This document shows, piece after piece, positions 53,049 through 62,207 of a DNA stretch of 64,000 nt. The notes beneath the pieces are model-generated. The model did no database searches. It saw only the letters and a program-made list of their open reading frames with translations, and was not told where the DNA came from. The DNA is taken from contig DAOTXW010000079.1 in assembly GCA_034435035.1 (NCBI GenBank), positions 1,551 through 65,550 on the forward strand. Direction: 5' to 3'. Numbering within the stretch: position 1 is the first letter of the stretch; the number at the start of each line of letters is the position of its first letter. This stretch comes from Anaerolineae bacterium (lineage in GTDB: Bacteria > Chloroflexota > Anaerolineae > Aggregatilineales > UBA3940). Position numbers and translations under genes: made by a program.

Positions 53049-54260
53049 TCAGGCAGGCGGCTTCGGCTCCGGCGACGAGTGCCCCTCCCCGCCAGCCGCC
53101 TGCTCATCAATCAACCGTTCCAGCATCAGCATAGCGAGCGCCGCGCTTGTCAGCCCCAGCAGAGCAGCCTGCTGCCAGACCTGGATCTGCTGCTGAGTCG
53201 AGATGCCGCCGCTACCCGCACTCGGCCGTCGAGTCGATTCAGAAAGCGGGCGCCATTCCTGCACCGCAGGACTACTGGCCGGCGGCTCGGCGCGGATTGG
53301 TTCGATGCCGGTCACCGGCGTGCGAGGCTTCTCATCGATTACAATGGGCCCTGTATATTCGGAGACGAAGAATACTGGCTCAGTATCGGGCGGCCTGATG
53401 GCGGCTGGCAGCGCCAGAATCCGCCGGGCGTCCGGTGTGTCGGTCGCTCCGACGGTCTGCGGGCTGTAGGCTAACCTCACATCGAACAGAGAGGCATCGT
53501 CCGCCGGCGGATTCTGCTGCCAGCGCGCCATCAGATCAGCCAGGTCTGCATCCGTTGGCACATGTCCGGTCGACAGGCCATCCGTGTAGCCAGCCACCCG
53601 GGCCACCTTGTGGCTGCTACCAATCCATGTGTGTATCTGGCCCTTGACGCCGGTGGTCGCATTCCAGCGTTCCGAGGTGTGGCCATGTGGGCCCAGATCC
53701 AGCAGCTGCCCGTCAATGTCGATTGCAGCAACAGGCGCATCGCCCAACCAGCATAGGGCTACCAACGGATCATCCCCGTCCAGTGACAGCCGGCCCGCCA
53801 CAAACATCGCCTCGCTGCCATATTGTCGCTGCATCTCCAGTGCCTGCACCAGTATTGGTGGCAGATGGTCAGGCAGCTGGTAGGCCGATACATGATGGGC
53901 TGAAGCTATGGCTGCTTCATTGAGCGACTCAGTTACCTGTCGGCTAAATGCATCGGCATCGGATGGGCGAGACGCGCTCCACAGCCAGCTAACGAGATGG
54001 TCGCCCAGCAGTCTGGCTGCCAGATCGCCCATGAAGGATTGGCCGACCCCGTCACAGACAGCAAATGCCAGGCTGGCTGCTCCATACCGGAACGCCACGT
54101 AGTCCTGACCCACTGTTCTGCTGCTGACGCTGTCAGCCGAGCGCACATACAGGTACAACACCGTGCCAACCGGCGTCTTAAGCGGGGTCAGAGGCGTTTC
54201 GGTATCCTGTGGTAGGCTAACCTGGCCTTCCGGATGGTCTGGTTGCTGGGCTTTAACCAT
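53049..54260 (-). CDS. PP2C-like phosphatase, C-tail membrane-anchored (paralog of the N-terminal domain of 49041-51833)
   Basis: GQDY, AVCDGVGQSF, WLGDAPVAAI, YTDGLS and ADDASLFDV motifs. A Pro-rich linker precedes one C-terminal TM (AALLGLTSAALAMLML). Confidence 0.7.
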   Translation of the reverse strand: MVKAQQPDHPEGQVSLPQDTETPLTPLKTPVGTVLYLYVRSADSVSSRTVGQDYVAFRYGAASLAFAVCDGVGQSFMGDLAARLLGDHLVSWLWSASRPSDADAFSRQVTESLNEAAIASAHHVSAYQLPDHLPPILVQALEMQRQYGSEAMFVAGRLSLDGDDPLVALCWLGDAPVAAIDIDGQLLDLGPHGHTSERWNATTGVKGQIHTWIGSSHKVARVAGYTDGLSTGHVPTDADLADLMARWQQNPPADDASLFDVRLAYSPQTVGATDTPDARRILALPAAIRPPDTEPVFFVSEYTGPIVIDEKPRTPVTGIEPIRAEPPASSPAVQEWRPLSESTRRPSAGSGGISTQQQIQVWQQAALLGLTSAALAMLMLERLIDEQAAGGEGHSSPEPKPPA

Positions 54261-54301
54261 GAATTACTGTGCCTTGCTGCCGGTGGGACGCGGTTGCCAA
54301 A

Positions 54302-54334
54302 CAGGCGGGCAGGGAAGCTCGCCCTACCCGCCTG
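54302..54334 (-). promoter_or_regulatory. GC-rich intercistronic hairpin between the vWA and PP2C genes
   Basis: 13-bp stem caggcgggcaggg / ccctacccgcctg (one G-U pair) with a 7-nt loop, in the 114-nt gap. On the minus strand it is followed by TTTGG. It could be an attenuator or an RNA stability/processing element. Confidence 0.35.
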
Positions 54335-54374
54335 CCGGGAGGTGTCATACTGCCTGCCAGAGGGCGACGGTGTT

Positions 54375-55139
54375 CTACGGCGTCACCGGGGTAACCGGTG
54401 TCGCACCGCTCATTGCAAAGCCAAGCTCGACAATGGCTGGCTCGTTACCCGGGAAGAACATCCGCGCCCCGGGAGAGAGCCGATAGCCCATCTCGGCCAT
54501 CACGCTGCCGTAGGTCGGCGGAATAGTTGAAGACATCCGGAATAGCGTCTCCGCATAGGGAGAGGCCAGCGGCGTTTCATCTGTGACGCCATCCCATCCC
54601 TTCGGATCGGCGATCGTCTGGGTCAGTGCCTTATCTGTCACAAAGATATTCTCGATCAGCACATTGCCATCCGGGACGGCCATCTGCATGATACGCCGGG
54701 CAATCGGCTCCGGATCGCCGCCGCTGTTGTACTCACCATCGGTCATGTGGCACACCAGCGGGGCCGGGCAATCCTGCAGATTACCAAGCTCAGCGGCCAG
54801 CAGGCGCTCGGCCTCGCGGAAAGCCGCCGCGGTATCCGTAGCGTCCATCGGCTGCAGGCGCGGCACACCCATCTGCGCCAGCTCGGCAACCGTCTTGATC
54901 CCACCGAGCAGGTCGGTCACCTGCGAGCTGTACGCATACATAGCAATCCGATAGCGGGGCGCGACTGTGGTGCCCTTGGTGCTGCGCTGAACCATCCGGA
55001 CGGCTACTTGGTGCAGGGCGTCTGAGACCACCTCGATCTTGGTCTTACCCCCCAGATCCTCGCCCATCGAGCCGCTGACATCCAGAAGATAGATGATCAG
55101 CGCAGGCGTTTTGCTCGTAGCAGGTACAGTATATGGCAT
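54375..55139 (-). CDS. von Willebrand factor A (vWA) domain protein, TerY-like, cytoplasmic
   Basis: MIDAS DVSGSM (DxSxS), plus a downstream Thr and HMTDGE. No signal or TM. Start taken at MPYTVPATS (55139), preceded by GGAAAGAGGGG. The ORF-track start is 55211. Confidence 0.8.
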   Translation of the reverse strand: MPYTVPATSKTPALIIYLLDVSGSMGEDLGGKTKIEVVSDALHQVAVRMVQRSTKGTTVAPRYRIAMYAYSSQVTDLLGGIKTVAELAQMGVPRLQPMDATDTAAAFREAERLLAAELGNLQDCPAPLVCHMTDGEYNSGGDPEPIARRIMQMAVPDGNVLIENIFVTDKALTQTIADPKGWDGVTDETPLASPYAETLFRMSSTIPPTYGSVMAEMGYRLSPGARMFFPGNEPAIVELGFAMSGATPVTPVTP

Positions 55140-55274
55140 GGCGTTACCCCTCTTTCCTCGCGAATATTCATAACTGTGATGGATGTCCGGCCGCTGCCGG
55201 CGCGTCATCACTTTCTATTACGCGGATTAGTCTGGATCGTTTCAACTCTCGCCAGTCTGGGCCAGCCAGCATAT

Positions 55275-55709
55275 TCAGCCTTCGGCCAGTGCCGGCTCAT
55301 AGGCTGCCATCCTCTCGCGCCATGCAGCCGGGATAGGGATGGCGACCGACCGAATGTAGTCGTAAGCCACCTGCACTGTGCTGCCTTCGGCTGCCACTGC
55401 GCCGTCTCCCTCGCGGATCAGGGTATATGTGAAATCGAAACTCTTACCGCCCAGCCGCGAGGCGCGCAGATAGACCCGCACGCGGTCGCCAAATATCAGT
55501 GGGAGCTTGTACTGGCAGGTAGCCTGGGCGATAATCACGCCCAGCTCGCTCAGGTGCCCATCCCAGCCGATGACCTCCTTTGCATAGTGCAGGCGAGCTG
55601 TCTCCATGTAGGTGAAGTACTTGGCATTGTTAACATGCTGGAGCACATCCAGGTCAGCATACCGGACATCGATCAGGTAGGAGAAGCGGTAAGCGGACAG
55701 ATCAGTCAT
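55275..55709 (-). CDS. Acyl-CoA thioesterase, 4HBT/YbgC-like hotdog fold
   Basis: VRYADLDVLQHVNNAKYFTYMETARLHY is the family-typical N-terminal catalytic block; 144 aa. Confidence 0.75.
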   Translation of the reverse strand: MTDLSAYRFSYLIDVRYADLDVLQHVNNAKYFTYMETARLHYAKEVIGWDGHLSELGVIIAQATCQYKLPLIFGDRVRVYLRASRLGGKSFDFTYTLIREGDGAVAAEGSTVQVAYDYIRSVAIPIPAAWRERMAAYEPALAEG

Positions 55710-55828
55710 AGGCGCCTCGAATCAGGTAGCAGCAGGTGGTATTATTGCATGCCATCTTCATGATTCTAGCATAAGTCGGCTTTACGCCGCCTGTGCAGCC
55801 ATTACCATGACAGAGGGAGAACAAAACC

Positions 55829-56500
55829 GTGGCCAGAAGTCTCAACGAGCTTCAGCAGCAGCTTGCCAGCTACGACTGGAAGGTGCGCGCCCGGGCTGTC
55901 GACAGCCTGAGCGAAGCGCGCGATCCCAGAGCAATTCCGGCCTTGACTGAAGCGCTCGCAGATGAGAGCCAGTTTGTGCGGATGGCGGCCGCGAGGGGTC
56001 TGGGGACCATCGGCGACGCTAAAGCACTGCCCTCTCTGATCGCCGCTCTGGATGATCCGGTATTCATGGTGCGTCAGAATGCTCTCTGGGCACTGGGCGA
56101 GATTGGAGACCCCGGGGCAATCCCGGCTCTTCAGCAATTTGTCAATGACGGGACCATGTTTGCAGAGCGCTCCATTACCGTTGGCCGTCTGGCACAGCTG
56201 GCCATCGACCGCATCCATGCAGCAGTTGAAGCGGCACAGACAGCTTCTGCATCAGCAGCAGCGGCTCCCACCGAAGGCGGCGGGTTGACCCCCGAGGAGC
56301 GTGCCGCCAAGCGAGCCGCAGCGCTGGCGCGCAAGGCAGGCAGGGCAGAATCTGGCGATACCCCGTCAGAAGCCTCGCCGCCGGCTCCCAGCAGCCTCGC
56401 TCCCGCTGAAGGCGGTGGGCTTAGCGCCGAAGAGCGCGCCGCCAAACGCGCCGCGGCTCTGGCCCGCAAGGCAGCCGCCAAGAAAGGCGGCGAGGGCTAG
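55829..56500 (+). CDS. HEAT-repeat (PBS-lyase HEAT-like) protein with duplicated basic C-terminal motif
   Basis: At least 3 HEAT-like units (VRARAVDSLSEARDPRAIPAL / VRMAAARGLGTIGDAKALPSL / VRQNALWALGEIGDPGAIPAL). Then comes a twofold AP(T/A)EGGGL(T/S)xEERAAKRAAALARKA repeat. GTG start. Confidence 0.7.
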   Translation: MARSLNELQQQLASYDWKVRARAVDSLSEARDPRAIPALTEALADESQFVRMAAARGLGTIGDAKALPSLIAALDDPVFMVRQNALWALGEIGDPGAIPALQQFVNDGTMFAERSITVGRLAQLAIDRIHAAVEAAQTASASAAAAPTEGGGLTPEERAAKRAAALARKAGRAESGDTPSEASPPAPSSLAPAEGGGLSAEERAAKRAAALARKAAAKKGGEG

Positions 56501-56517
56501 AAAGGGCTCGGATTCCG

Positions 56518-57381
56518 GTGGATGGCAGCAGCAGCCACGTAGCGGATCGCCTGCCCTTTGATCCTGATTTCAATGACTGCGCTTGGACAGATGAATGGAC
56601 TCGCATCCCCGTGATGCAGGTGCTGCCGGGGCGCTACGAGTCCTTTTCTGTTCGCAGCTGGCAGTTAACTGAAGCGGAGGTCTGCGGCCGCCACCTGACG
56701 CTGGACCCACCGCTGGCCGTGCGCGGACTGGTGACAGATGACGGCGTGCTGTGGATGTCAGATGTCCCCCAGGAACGTCTGATGATGTTCAACAATGCAC
56801 GCCGGTCACGGGGGCATATCCTGATTGGCGGGCTGGGGCTCGGCCTCTACCTGCAGTACGCGCTGCCGCATGCAGACCGCATGACCGTCATAGAAGCCAG
56901 CCCGGCTGTTGCCGCACTGGTTCAGCCAGTGATCGAAGTGGCGGCGCAGTCCAGCGGCATTCCCATCGAAGTGCAGATTGCGCGCATCGAGGATGTTCTG
57001 GCTGCGCCGCCTGTTGCTTCCTACGACACCATTTTCCTCGATACCTGGGACACCCTTGATGCAGTGCAGCTCCCTGACATCAATCATCTGCGCGATCTGG
57101 CAGTTTGCCACCTGGCCCCGGGCGGCCGCGTGCTCCTGTGGGGCTATCAGTGGATGGTGCGTCTGTTCGAAGAGGCGTGTGTGCGCCTGCTCACCCCGGC
57201 GCCGGGTGAGCGCCAGCGCTGGTTGGAGGCGGCAGCAGGCCAGCACTCGAACACCTGGCGGCTTCTGCTGCCGGTGCTGTCACATTTCCGTGGCAAGAAT
57301 GTCACTCAGATGGATGCGGCTCTGGACTGGTGCCGCCAGTATATCACACAGGTAACACTGGGCGATCTGGCAGGAGGATGA
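56518..57381 (+). CDS. Spermidine-synthase-like / class I methyltransferase-fold protein
   Basis: [16 protein letters not shown]...MTVIEASP...[10 protein letters not shown] resembles the spermine/spermidine synthase-like SAM-fold layout. Assignment is tentative and the start is uncertain. Confidence 0.45.
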   Translation: MDGSSSHVADRLPFDPDFNDCAWTDEWTRIPVMQVLPGRYESFSVRSWQLTEAEVCGRHLTLDPPLAVRGLVTDDGVLWMSDVPQERLMMFNNARRSRGHILIGGLGLGLYLQYALPHADRMTVIEASPAVAALVQPVIEVAAQSSGIPIEVQIARIEDVLAAPPVASYDTIFLDTWDTLDAVQLPDINHLRDLAVCHLAPGGRVLLWGYQWMVRLFEEACVRLLTPAPGERQRWLEAAAGQHSNTWRLLLPVLSHFRGKNVTQMDAALDWCRQYITQVTLGDLAGG

Positions 57382-57385
57382 TTCG

Positions 57386-57826
57386 GTGCGGGTGCTGCTG
57401 CAGCGGGTCTTACAGGCATCAGTGGCAGTTGACGGACAGACTGTGAGCCAGATCGGCCGCGGATTCGTCGTGCTGGTCGGCGTAGGCCATGCCGACAGCA
57501 GCGAACAGGCAGTCTGGTTGGCGCAGAAAGTGGCAGGGTTAAGGGTTTTTGAGGATCGGGAGGGTAAGTTTAACCTGTCGATCCGCGAGGTAGGCGGCGC
57601 CGCGCTGGTAGTGTCGCAGTTCACACTCTATGCTGATGCCCGCAAGGGCAGGCGGCCGGCTTTTGTGGATGCCGCTCCGCCGGAGGTCGCTGAGCCGCTT
57701 GTGTTGCGCTTCGCCGAGCTTCTGCGGGCGGAGGGCGTCCCCGTTGAAATGGGCGTATTTGGTGCTCACATGCTGGTTAAGATTCACAATGACGGCCCGG
57801 TGACGATCTGGCTTGAGCGTGAATAG
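57386..57826 (+). CDS. dtd: D-aminoacyl-tRNA deacylase
   Basis: MRVLLQRV...[16 protein letters not shown]...[20 protein letters not shown]...NDGPVT; 146 aa; canonical Dtd blocks. Confidence 0.9.
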   Translation: MRVLLQRVLQASVAVDGQTVSQIGRGFVVLVGVGHADSSEQAVWLAQKVAGLRVFEDREGKFNLSIREVGGAALVVSQFTLYADARKGRRPAFVDAAPPEVAEPLVLRFAELLRAEGVPVEMGVFGAHMLVKIHNDGPVTIWLERE

Positions 57827-57849
57827 GTACCCGCGTTCCCTGATCTCCG

Positions 57850-58884
57850 TCACGGTTTGTCATCCGGGCGGGTCGTCTGGAACGGATCGATCGGGCGGAA
57901 TTCAATCCCCGGGGGCGGGCCGGCCGGTGTCGGAGGCGGAGGCGCTGGCTGTGTGGCAGCCGCCGGCGAGCTGCCGGTGGCTGCTGGCGTTGCGGCCGGC
58001 ATCGAAGCCGCCGGAGGTGCCACCTGTCTCTGTTGCCTCGTAGTGCGGGTCACCTGCCGGTAGATAATATACGCACCGAGTGCGAGAGCGCTCAGCCCCC
58101 AGTTGGCCGCTGAAGGATACCAGTAGGACAGAGCCGCGGCACCGGCCAGCCCTGCAGCCAGCCACAGTGCCCAGTTGAGCTCCATCCCCTGGATGCCGGT
58201 GCGGCGCTGAAGAGCGCGCCCGAGCAGCCACAGCGCGATCAGCGCAGCGCCCAGCGTAACATCCAAGACCATGAAGAAGGTTCTGGTCCCGGGCTCCAGT
58301 ATATTGAAGAACACCAGAATGCCGGCGCCCGCGACACTGAGTAGACCAGCTCCGGCTGCGACCCACACACCCCGACGGCTAAGTGCAAGAATAAGCCACA
58401 GGGGCAAAGAGGCCATCAGCAGGGCCGCACCGGCCAAAACTTCCAACCCCACATTCAATGCCGTCAGCGCAACCAGCCCGCCCAGCGCCAGCAGCAGATA
58501 GGCAGGCAAAAGCAGCCACCAGCGCCACCTGTTCATTCCGGACAAAACGAACAGCGATAGCGCAATGACTATCAGCAGCGTTGATAGCACCAGCTGAGGC
58601 TCGCGGGGCGCCAAGTAAAGCACCACCAGCAGCAGGGACAGAGATGTGAAGATCCATGCAGTAAGGAGCGCCCAGGTGTCGCGCCGCCCACATAAGACCC
58701 AGCGACCCAGAAACGGCACCCCCACTGCAGCGACCGCGGCCGCTACTACCGGCAGCAGCGGTCCGCTGTAGGCAACCAGCCCGGTGTTGAATACCAGGAA
58801 AAGGGCGCCGCCGATCATGAGGAACCCTCCCCATGTCCAGGCGAGGAAGGATCGGATGCTGTCAGACGATTGCGGCAGCGTCAT
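57850..58884 (-). CDS. Hypothetical polytopic membrane protein with Pro/Ala-rich C-terminal tail
   Basis: About 9 hydrophobic helices, then QQRQVAPPAASMPAATPAATGSSPAAATQPAPPPPTPAGPPPG. I recognise no family. Confidence 0.5.
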   Translation of the reverse strand: MTLPQSSDSIRSFLAWTWGGFLMIGGALFLVFNTGLVAYSGPLLPVVAAAVAAVGVPFLGRWVLCGRRDTWALLTAWIFTSLSLLLVVLYLAPREPQLVLSTLLIVIALSLFVLSGMNRWRWWLLLPAYLLLALGGLVALTALNVGLEVLAGAALLMASLPLWLILALSRRGVWVAAGAGLLSVAGAGILVFFNILEPGTRTFFMVLDVTLGAALIALWLLGRALQRRTGIQGMELNWALWLAAGLAGAAALSYWYPSAANWGLSALALGAYIIYRQVTRTTRQQRQVAPPAASMPAATPAATGSSPAAATQPAPPPPTPAGPPPGIEFRPIDPFQTTRPDDKP

Positions 58885-58956
58885 GGCCGCCTCCTCTACT
58901 CACCGCTTCTAACCGGTATTACGCAGATCGGCCTGCTCGCGTTGTAGGATCAGGCG

Positions 58957-58990
58957 AACAAAAGAGCCGGGCGGCCCATTGCCCGGCTCT
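58957..58990 (-). terminator. Intrinsic terminator after the CNNM/CorC transporter gene
   Basis: Minus-strand reading: agagccgggc-aatgggcc-gcccggctct (10-bp perfect stem) followed by TTTTGTT. It sits 18 nt after the stop. Confidence 0.55.
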
Positions 58991-59007
58991 CTGCACAGGC
59001 TGATAAA

Positions 59008-60342
59008 TCAAGTATTGCTTCTTATCACCTGAATACGAAGCAGGTCAATACGCATGCCGTCAATCTGCTCAACGCGGAAGTGAATATCGCCTGCCTGAAC
59101 CTGATCGCCTTTGACCGGGATGCGTTCAAGTCTGCCCATCACAAACCCGCCGATGGTGTCGTAATTCTCATCGATCAGATCGACCCCCAGTGCCGCGTTA
59201 ACATCTTCGATCTGAGCCAGGCCGCTGACCAGCCAGCTTCCATCCGGTACCTGAACAATCTCCGGAGATCCCTGCTCAAACTCATCCGGAACCTCGCCCG
59301 AGATCTTCTCAAGAATATCCTCAAGTGTCACCAGGCCCCCTGTGCCGCCATATTCATCAAGCACGATTGCGATATGCTGGCGACCTTCGCGCAAAGCGCG
59401 CAAGGCGTTAAAAATCCGCGCGCTCTCCGGCAGGAAAAGCGCCTGTCGAATGTAGGGACGTATCGGCGCCGACAGATCCCCGGATGCCAGCCCACCAACC
59501 AGGTCCCGCATATGGAGGATCCCCACGATATGATCCGGATCCTTTTCGAAGACAGGCAGCTTGGTGTACTGCGACTCGTGCAGGGTTTCGAGCACCTGTT
59601 GAAGCGTCGCCCCTGCCTGAATCGTGATCATCTCAGTGCGCGGAACCATAACCTGACGCACCGTCAGGGCACGCAGATCAAAGATGGCGCTTAACATGTC
59701 GTGCTCGCTTTCACCCAACACGCCATGTGTCTTGCTGGCGTCAACCAGCATGCGGATTTCCTCAAAGGAATGGGCCATCTCGTGCCCTGAGGCCAGCCGA
59801 AAGCCAAGTGCCCGGAGCACCGCATTACCGGCCCCATTCAGCGCCCAGATGCCGGGGCGGAAGAGCGTCTCCGCAATCATAGTTGGTCCGGCCACGAACA
59901 GAGAGGTTTCTTCCGGGCGCTGCAGCGCGATCGATTTGGGTGCAAGCTCGCCGATCACCACGTGCAGGAACGTGATCACGGTGAAGGCAATCGCTGCAGA
60001 GATCGTATGGGAGGTGGTCGCAGCCCACGAAGCGGGCAGTGGCAGGATTGCAATCACCGGATCGATCAAGTGTGACAGAGCCGGCTCGCCCACCCAGCCC
60101 AGCCCCAGACTGGCGAGCGTGATCCCCAGTTGAGTTGCGGCGATGAACTGATCGGGGTTATGAATCGCCTTGCGGACGGTGCTGGCGGATTTGACCCCCT
60201 GGGCAATCAGTTCCTCAATCCGGGTCCGCCGCACGCTGACCAGCGCAAATTCAGCGGCGACGAAGAAGGCGTTGAGCAAAACCAGCACGCCAACTGCCAG
60301 CAGACCCAAAGCAATCCCCATCGCAGTGCCGCTTTCAGGCAT
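59008..60342 (-). CDS. Hemolysin-family / CNNM (DUF21)-CBS-CorC_HlyC transporter-associated protein
   Basis: N-terminal 4-TM DUF21 ([20 protein letters not shown]), a CBS pair ([11 protein letters not shown]..., [10 protein letters not shown]) and a C-terminal CorC_HlyC domain ([16 protein letters not shown]). Confidence 0.85.
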   Translation of the reverse strand: MPESGTAMGIALGLLAVGVLVLLNAFFVAAEFALVSVRRTRIEELIAQGVKSASTVRKAIHNPDQFIAATQLGITLASLGLGWVGEPALSHLIDPVIAILPLPASWAATTSHTISAAIAFTVITFLHVVIGELAPKSIALQRPEETSLFVAGPTMIAETLFRPGIWALNGAGNAVLRALGFRLASGHEMAHSFEEIRMLVDASKTHGVLGESEHDMLSAIFDLRALTVRQVMVPRTEMITIQAGATLQQVLETLHESQYTKLPVFEKDPDHIVGILHMRDLVGGLASGDLSAPIRPYIRQALFLPESARIFNALRALREGRQHIAIVLDEYGGTGGLVTLEDILEKISGEVPDEFEQGSPEIVQVPDGSWLVSGLAQIEDVNAALGVDLIDENYDTIGGFVMGRLERIPVKGDQVQAGDIHFRVEQIDGMRIDLLRIQVIRSNT

Positions 60343-61219
60343 GATCAGTGCCTGCTATCTCCGTAGCGGCGGACTCAGCCTTCGCCCTCTGAACCAGCAC
60401 CGCGGCCCCGTAACCTACCACGCGCCGGGTGTCTCCAGTCGCATCGGCCGATGTCCCATAGCCGACAATCTCGGCATGGGTACCGCCAAGTCTGCGAGCT
60501 GCCACCATGACGGCTGCAATGGCAGCGCGCCCACAGGCAAAGCCCTTGCCTTCATCCTCAATGCGGATCACCCCTTCAGGGTCAAAGGCCGCGACACGCG
60601 CCAGCATGGTGTGATCAAGCACCTCGGCTTCTTCCACCGTATAGAAATGGGATAGGTCACTGCTGGCAACCAGCAGCGTTGTTTCGTGTGGAGGAAGCAC
60701 CAGCGCGAGCGCCTCTCCCACTCTGGCTGCGGTATCGTAGCTCTGATCCCTCAGCATCAGCGGTACCAGCGTGAAAGGGCTGCGCAGCGCTCGCTGCAGA
60801 AACGGAAGTTCGATCTCCAGGGAATGTTCCGGATCACGACGCACAGCCTTCAATGGGATATGCTGCTGGAGTGCCTGAACGGTTCTCCCATCAACAGGGA
60901 TAACACCCAGAGGGGTTTCATAAGCGTCATGGCTGCTGGTCAGCACGTTGCCCGGGTAGGGATGATGCATCGGAGAGATCACAACAACACGCGCAAATTC
61001 CATCCCCTGAACCAGACGAAACGCACGCGCAGCGATCTGGCCCGAGTAGCGGTGCCCAGCATGGGGGACAACCAGTGCCTTGATTAATCCCTCAATAGCG
61101 GGTACGGAGGCAGCTTCCAACAACCTGTCAATACTGTCGGCCAGTTCGCTTCGCCGGCCGGGGTACCATGTCCCCGCGATGGGTGATGGACGTATATCAT
61201 GAATAGCAAAGGCGCTCAT
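60335..61219 (-). CDS. MEMO1-family protein (AmmeMemoRadiSam system protein B-like)
   Basis: RPSPIAGTWYP and LVVPHAGHRYSG, with later SSDLSHF and ACG blocks typical of the Memo/AmmeMemoRadiSam B family. 8-nt overlap with the downstream gene start. Confidence 0.8.
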   Translation of the reverse strand: MSAFAIHDIRPSPIAGTWYPGRRSELADSIDRLLEAASVPAIEGLIKALVVPHAGHRYSGQIAARAFRLVQGMEFARVVVISPMHHPYPGNVLTSSHDAYETPLGVIPVDGRTVQALQQHIPLKAVRRDPEHSLEIELPFLQRALRSPFTLVPLMLRDQSYDTAARVGEALALVLPPHETTLLVASSDLSHFYTVEEAEVLDHTMLARVAAFDPEGVIRIEDEGKGFACGRAAIAAVMVAARRLGGTHAEIVGYGTSADATGDTRRVVGYGAAVLVQRAKAESAATEIAGTDHA

Positions 61220-61318
61220 TTCTGGCTGCCCCTGTCACTCAATAAACTGGATACACTCATTGTATCACAGCCGCCAGCTCGCGTTGCATGCCAGCCGATA
61301 CCGGAGGCAGCAAAGCGA

Positions 61319-62137
61319 TCAGCTGCGCAGCCAGAAAACGATGAATAACATCCAGAGGAGCACGATGCTGACTGCGCCGAAAGATAAGGTGGTCAGCGCG
61401 GGTGAGGTCTGGTCAACCACACGGACAGGCCGTCCTTCGAAGTCTGACTCGACTTTATATCGTGGAGTCGTGAGCCAGGCCAGAGCGAGCCCCCCCAGCA
61501 GCCCACCGATATGTCCCCAGTTGTCAATGCGCGGAATGGTGAAGCCGATAACCAGATTGATGATGATCACCTGGATAATGCTGCTGATGTGGCGCTGGGT
61601 ATGAGCCAGCACATGCCTGTTCCGGTACAGGAGAGGGATCAGGGCGCCCACCAGGCCGAACAGCGCCCCGCTGGCCCCGATCGAGGCGCCAGGGCTCAGC
61701 GCAAAACTTGCAATCGAACCAGCAAGCCCGGCCAGCAAATAAATACCCAGGAAGCGCATATGTCCGAAGGCACGTTCCACCTGAGGCCCGACTACGTACA
61801 GAAAGTAGCTGTTGAGCCCCAGATGAACAATGCCCCCATGCAGAAAAAGCGGAGAAATCAGACGCCAGTACTGGCCGCTCAGGATGGCGTCATTCTGCTT
61901 GGCTCCTACTGCTGTCAGCCAGCCGCGAAAAATGAAGGTATCCAGCAGAAAAACGACGATGTTGGTGCCAAGCAGAGCGTAGGAAAAGATGGGCGCGCTC
62001 TGGGGTATCTCGATTCGCCTTATGGGGATAGCCGGCATCGGTGGAGTGGGTGGAGGCACCGGTGCCGGGCGCTCCAATGGATGAATAGGCCGACTGCCCG
62101 GTGGGGTAGGCTCCGTAGGATTCACGGGAGCATTCAT
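61319..62137 (-). CDS. Rhomboid-family intramembrane serine protease
   Basis: WRLISPLFLHGGIVHLGLN and the catalytic GASGALFGLVGA, plus a downstream His (NWGHIGGLLGG). Pro-rich N-terminal tail. Confidence 0.85.
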   Translation of the reverse strand: MNAPVNPTEPTPPGSRPIHPLERPAPVPPPTPPMPAIPIRRIEIPQSAPIFSYALLGTNIVVFLLDTFIFRGWLTAVGAKQNDAILSGQYWRLISPLFLHGGIVHLGLNSYFLYVVGPQVERAFGHMRFLGIYLLAGLAGSIASFALSPGASIGASGALFGLVGALIPLLYRNRHVLAHTQRHISSIIQVIIINLVIGFTIPRIDNWGHIGGLLGGLALAWLTTPRYKVESDFEGRPVRVVDQTSPALTTLSFGAVSIVLLWMLFIVFWLRS

Positions 62138-62207
62138 AAATAAGCTGCCATTTGACCTTGTCGAGCAACCATTCGCAGATTATACTGCACCGGGTGGAGG
62201 AATCACT

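Noticed and set aside
47323-55211. The vWA/PP2C/kinase locus as a horizontally acquired island or prophage remnant
   Set aside because: By eye, base composition and codon style match the flanks. There is no integrase, tRNA, direct repeat or phage gene nearby. This was not computed, so it is a weak rejection. The AT-richer gap at 46985-47322 is the only compositional break.
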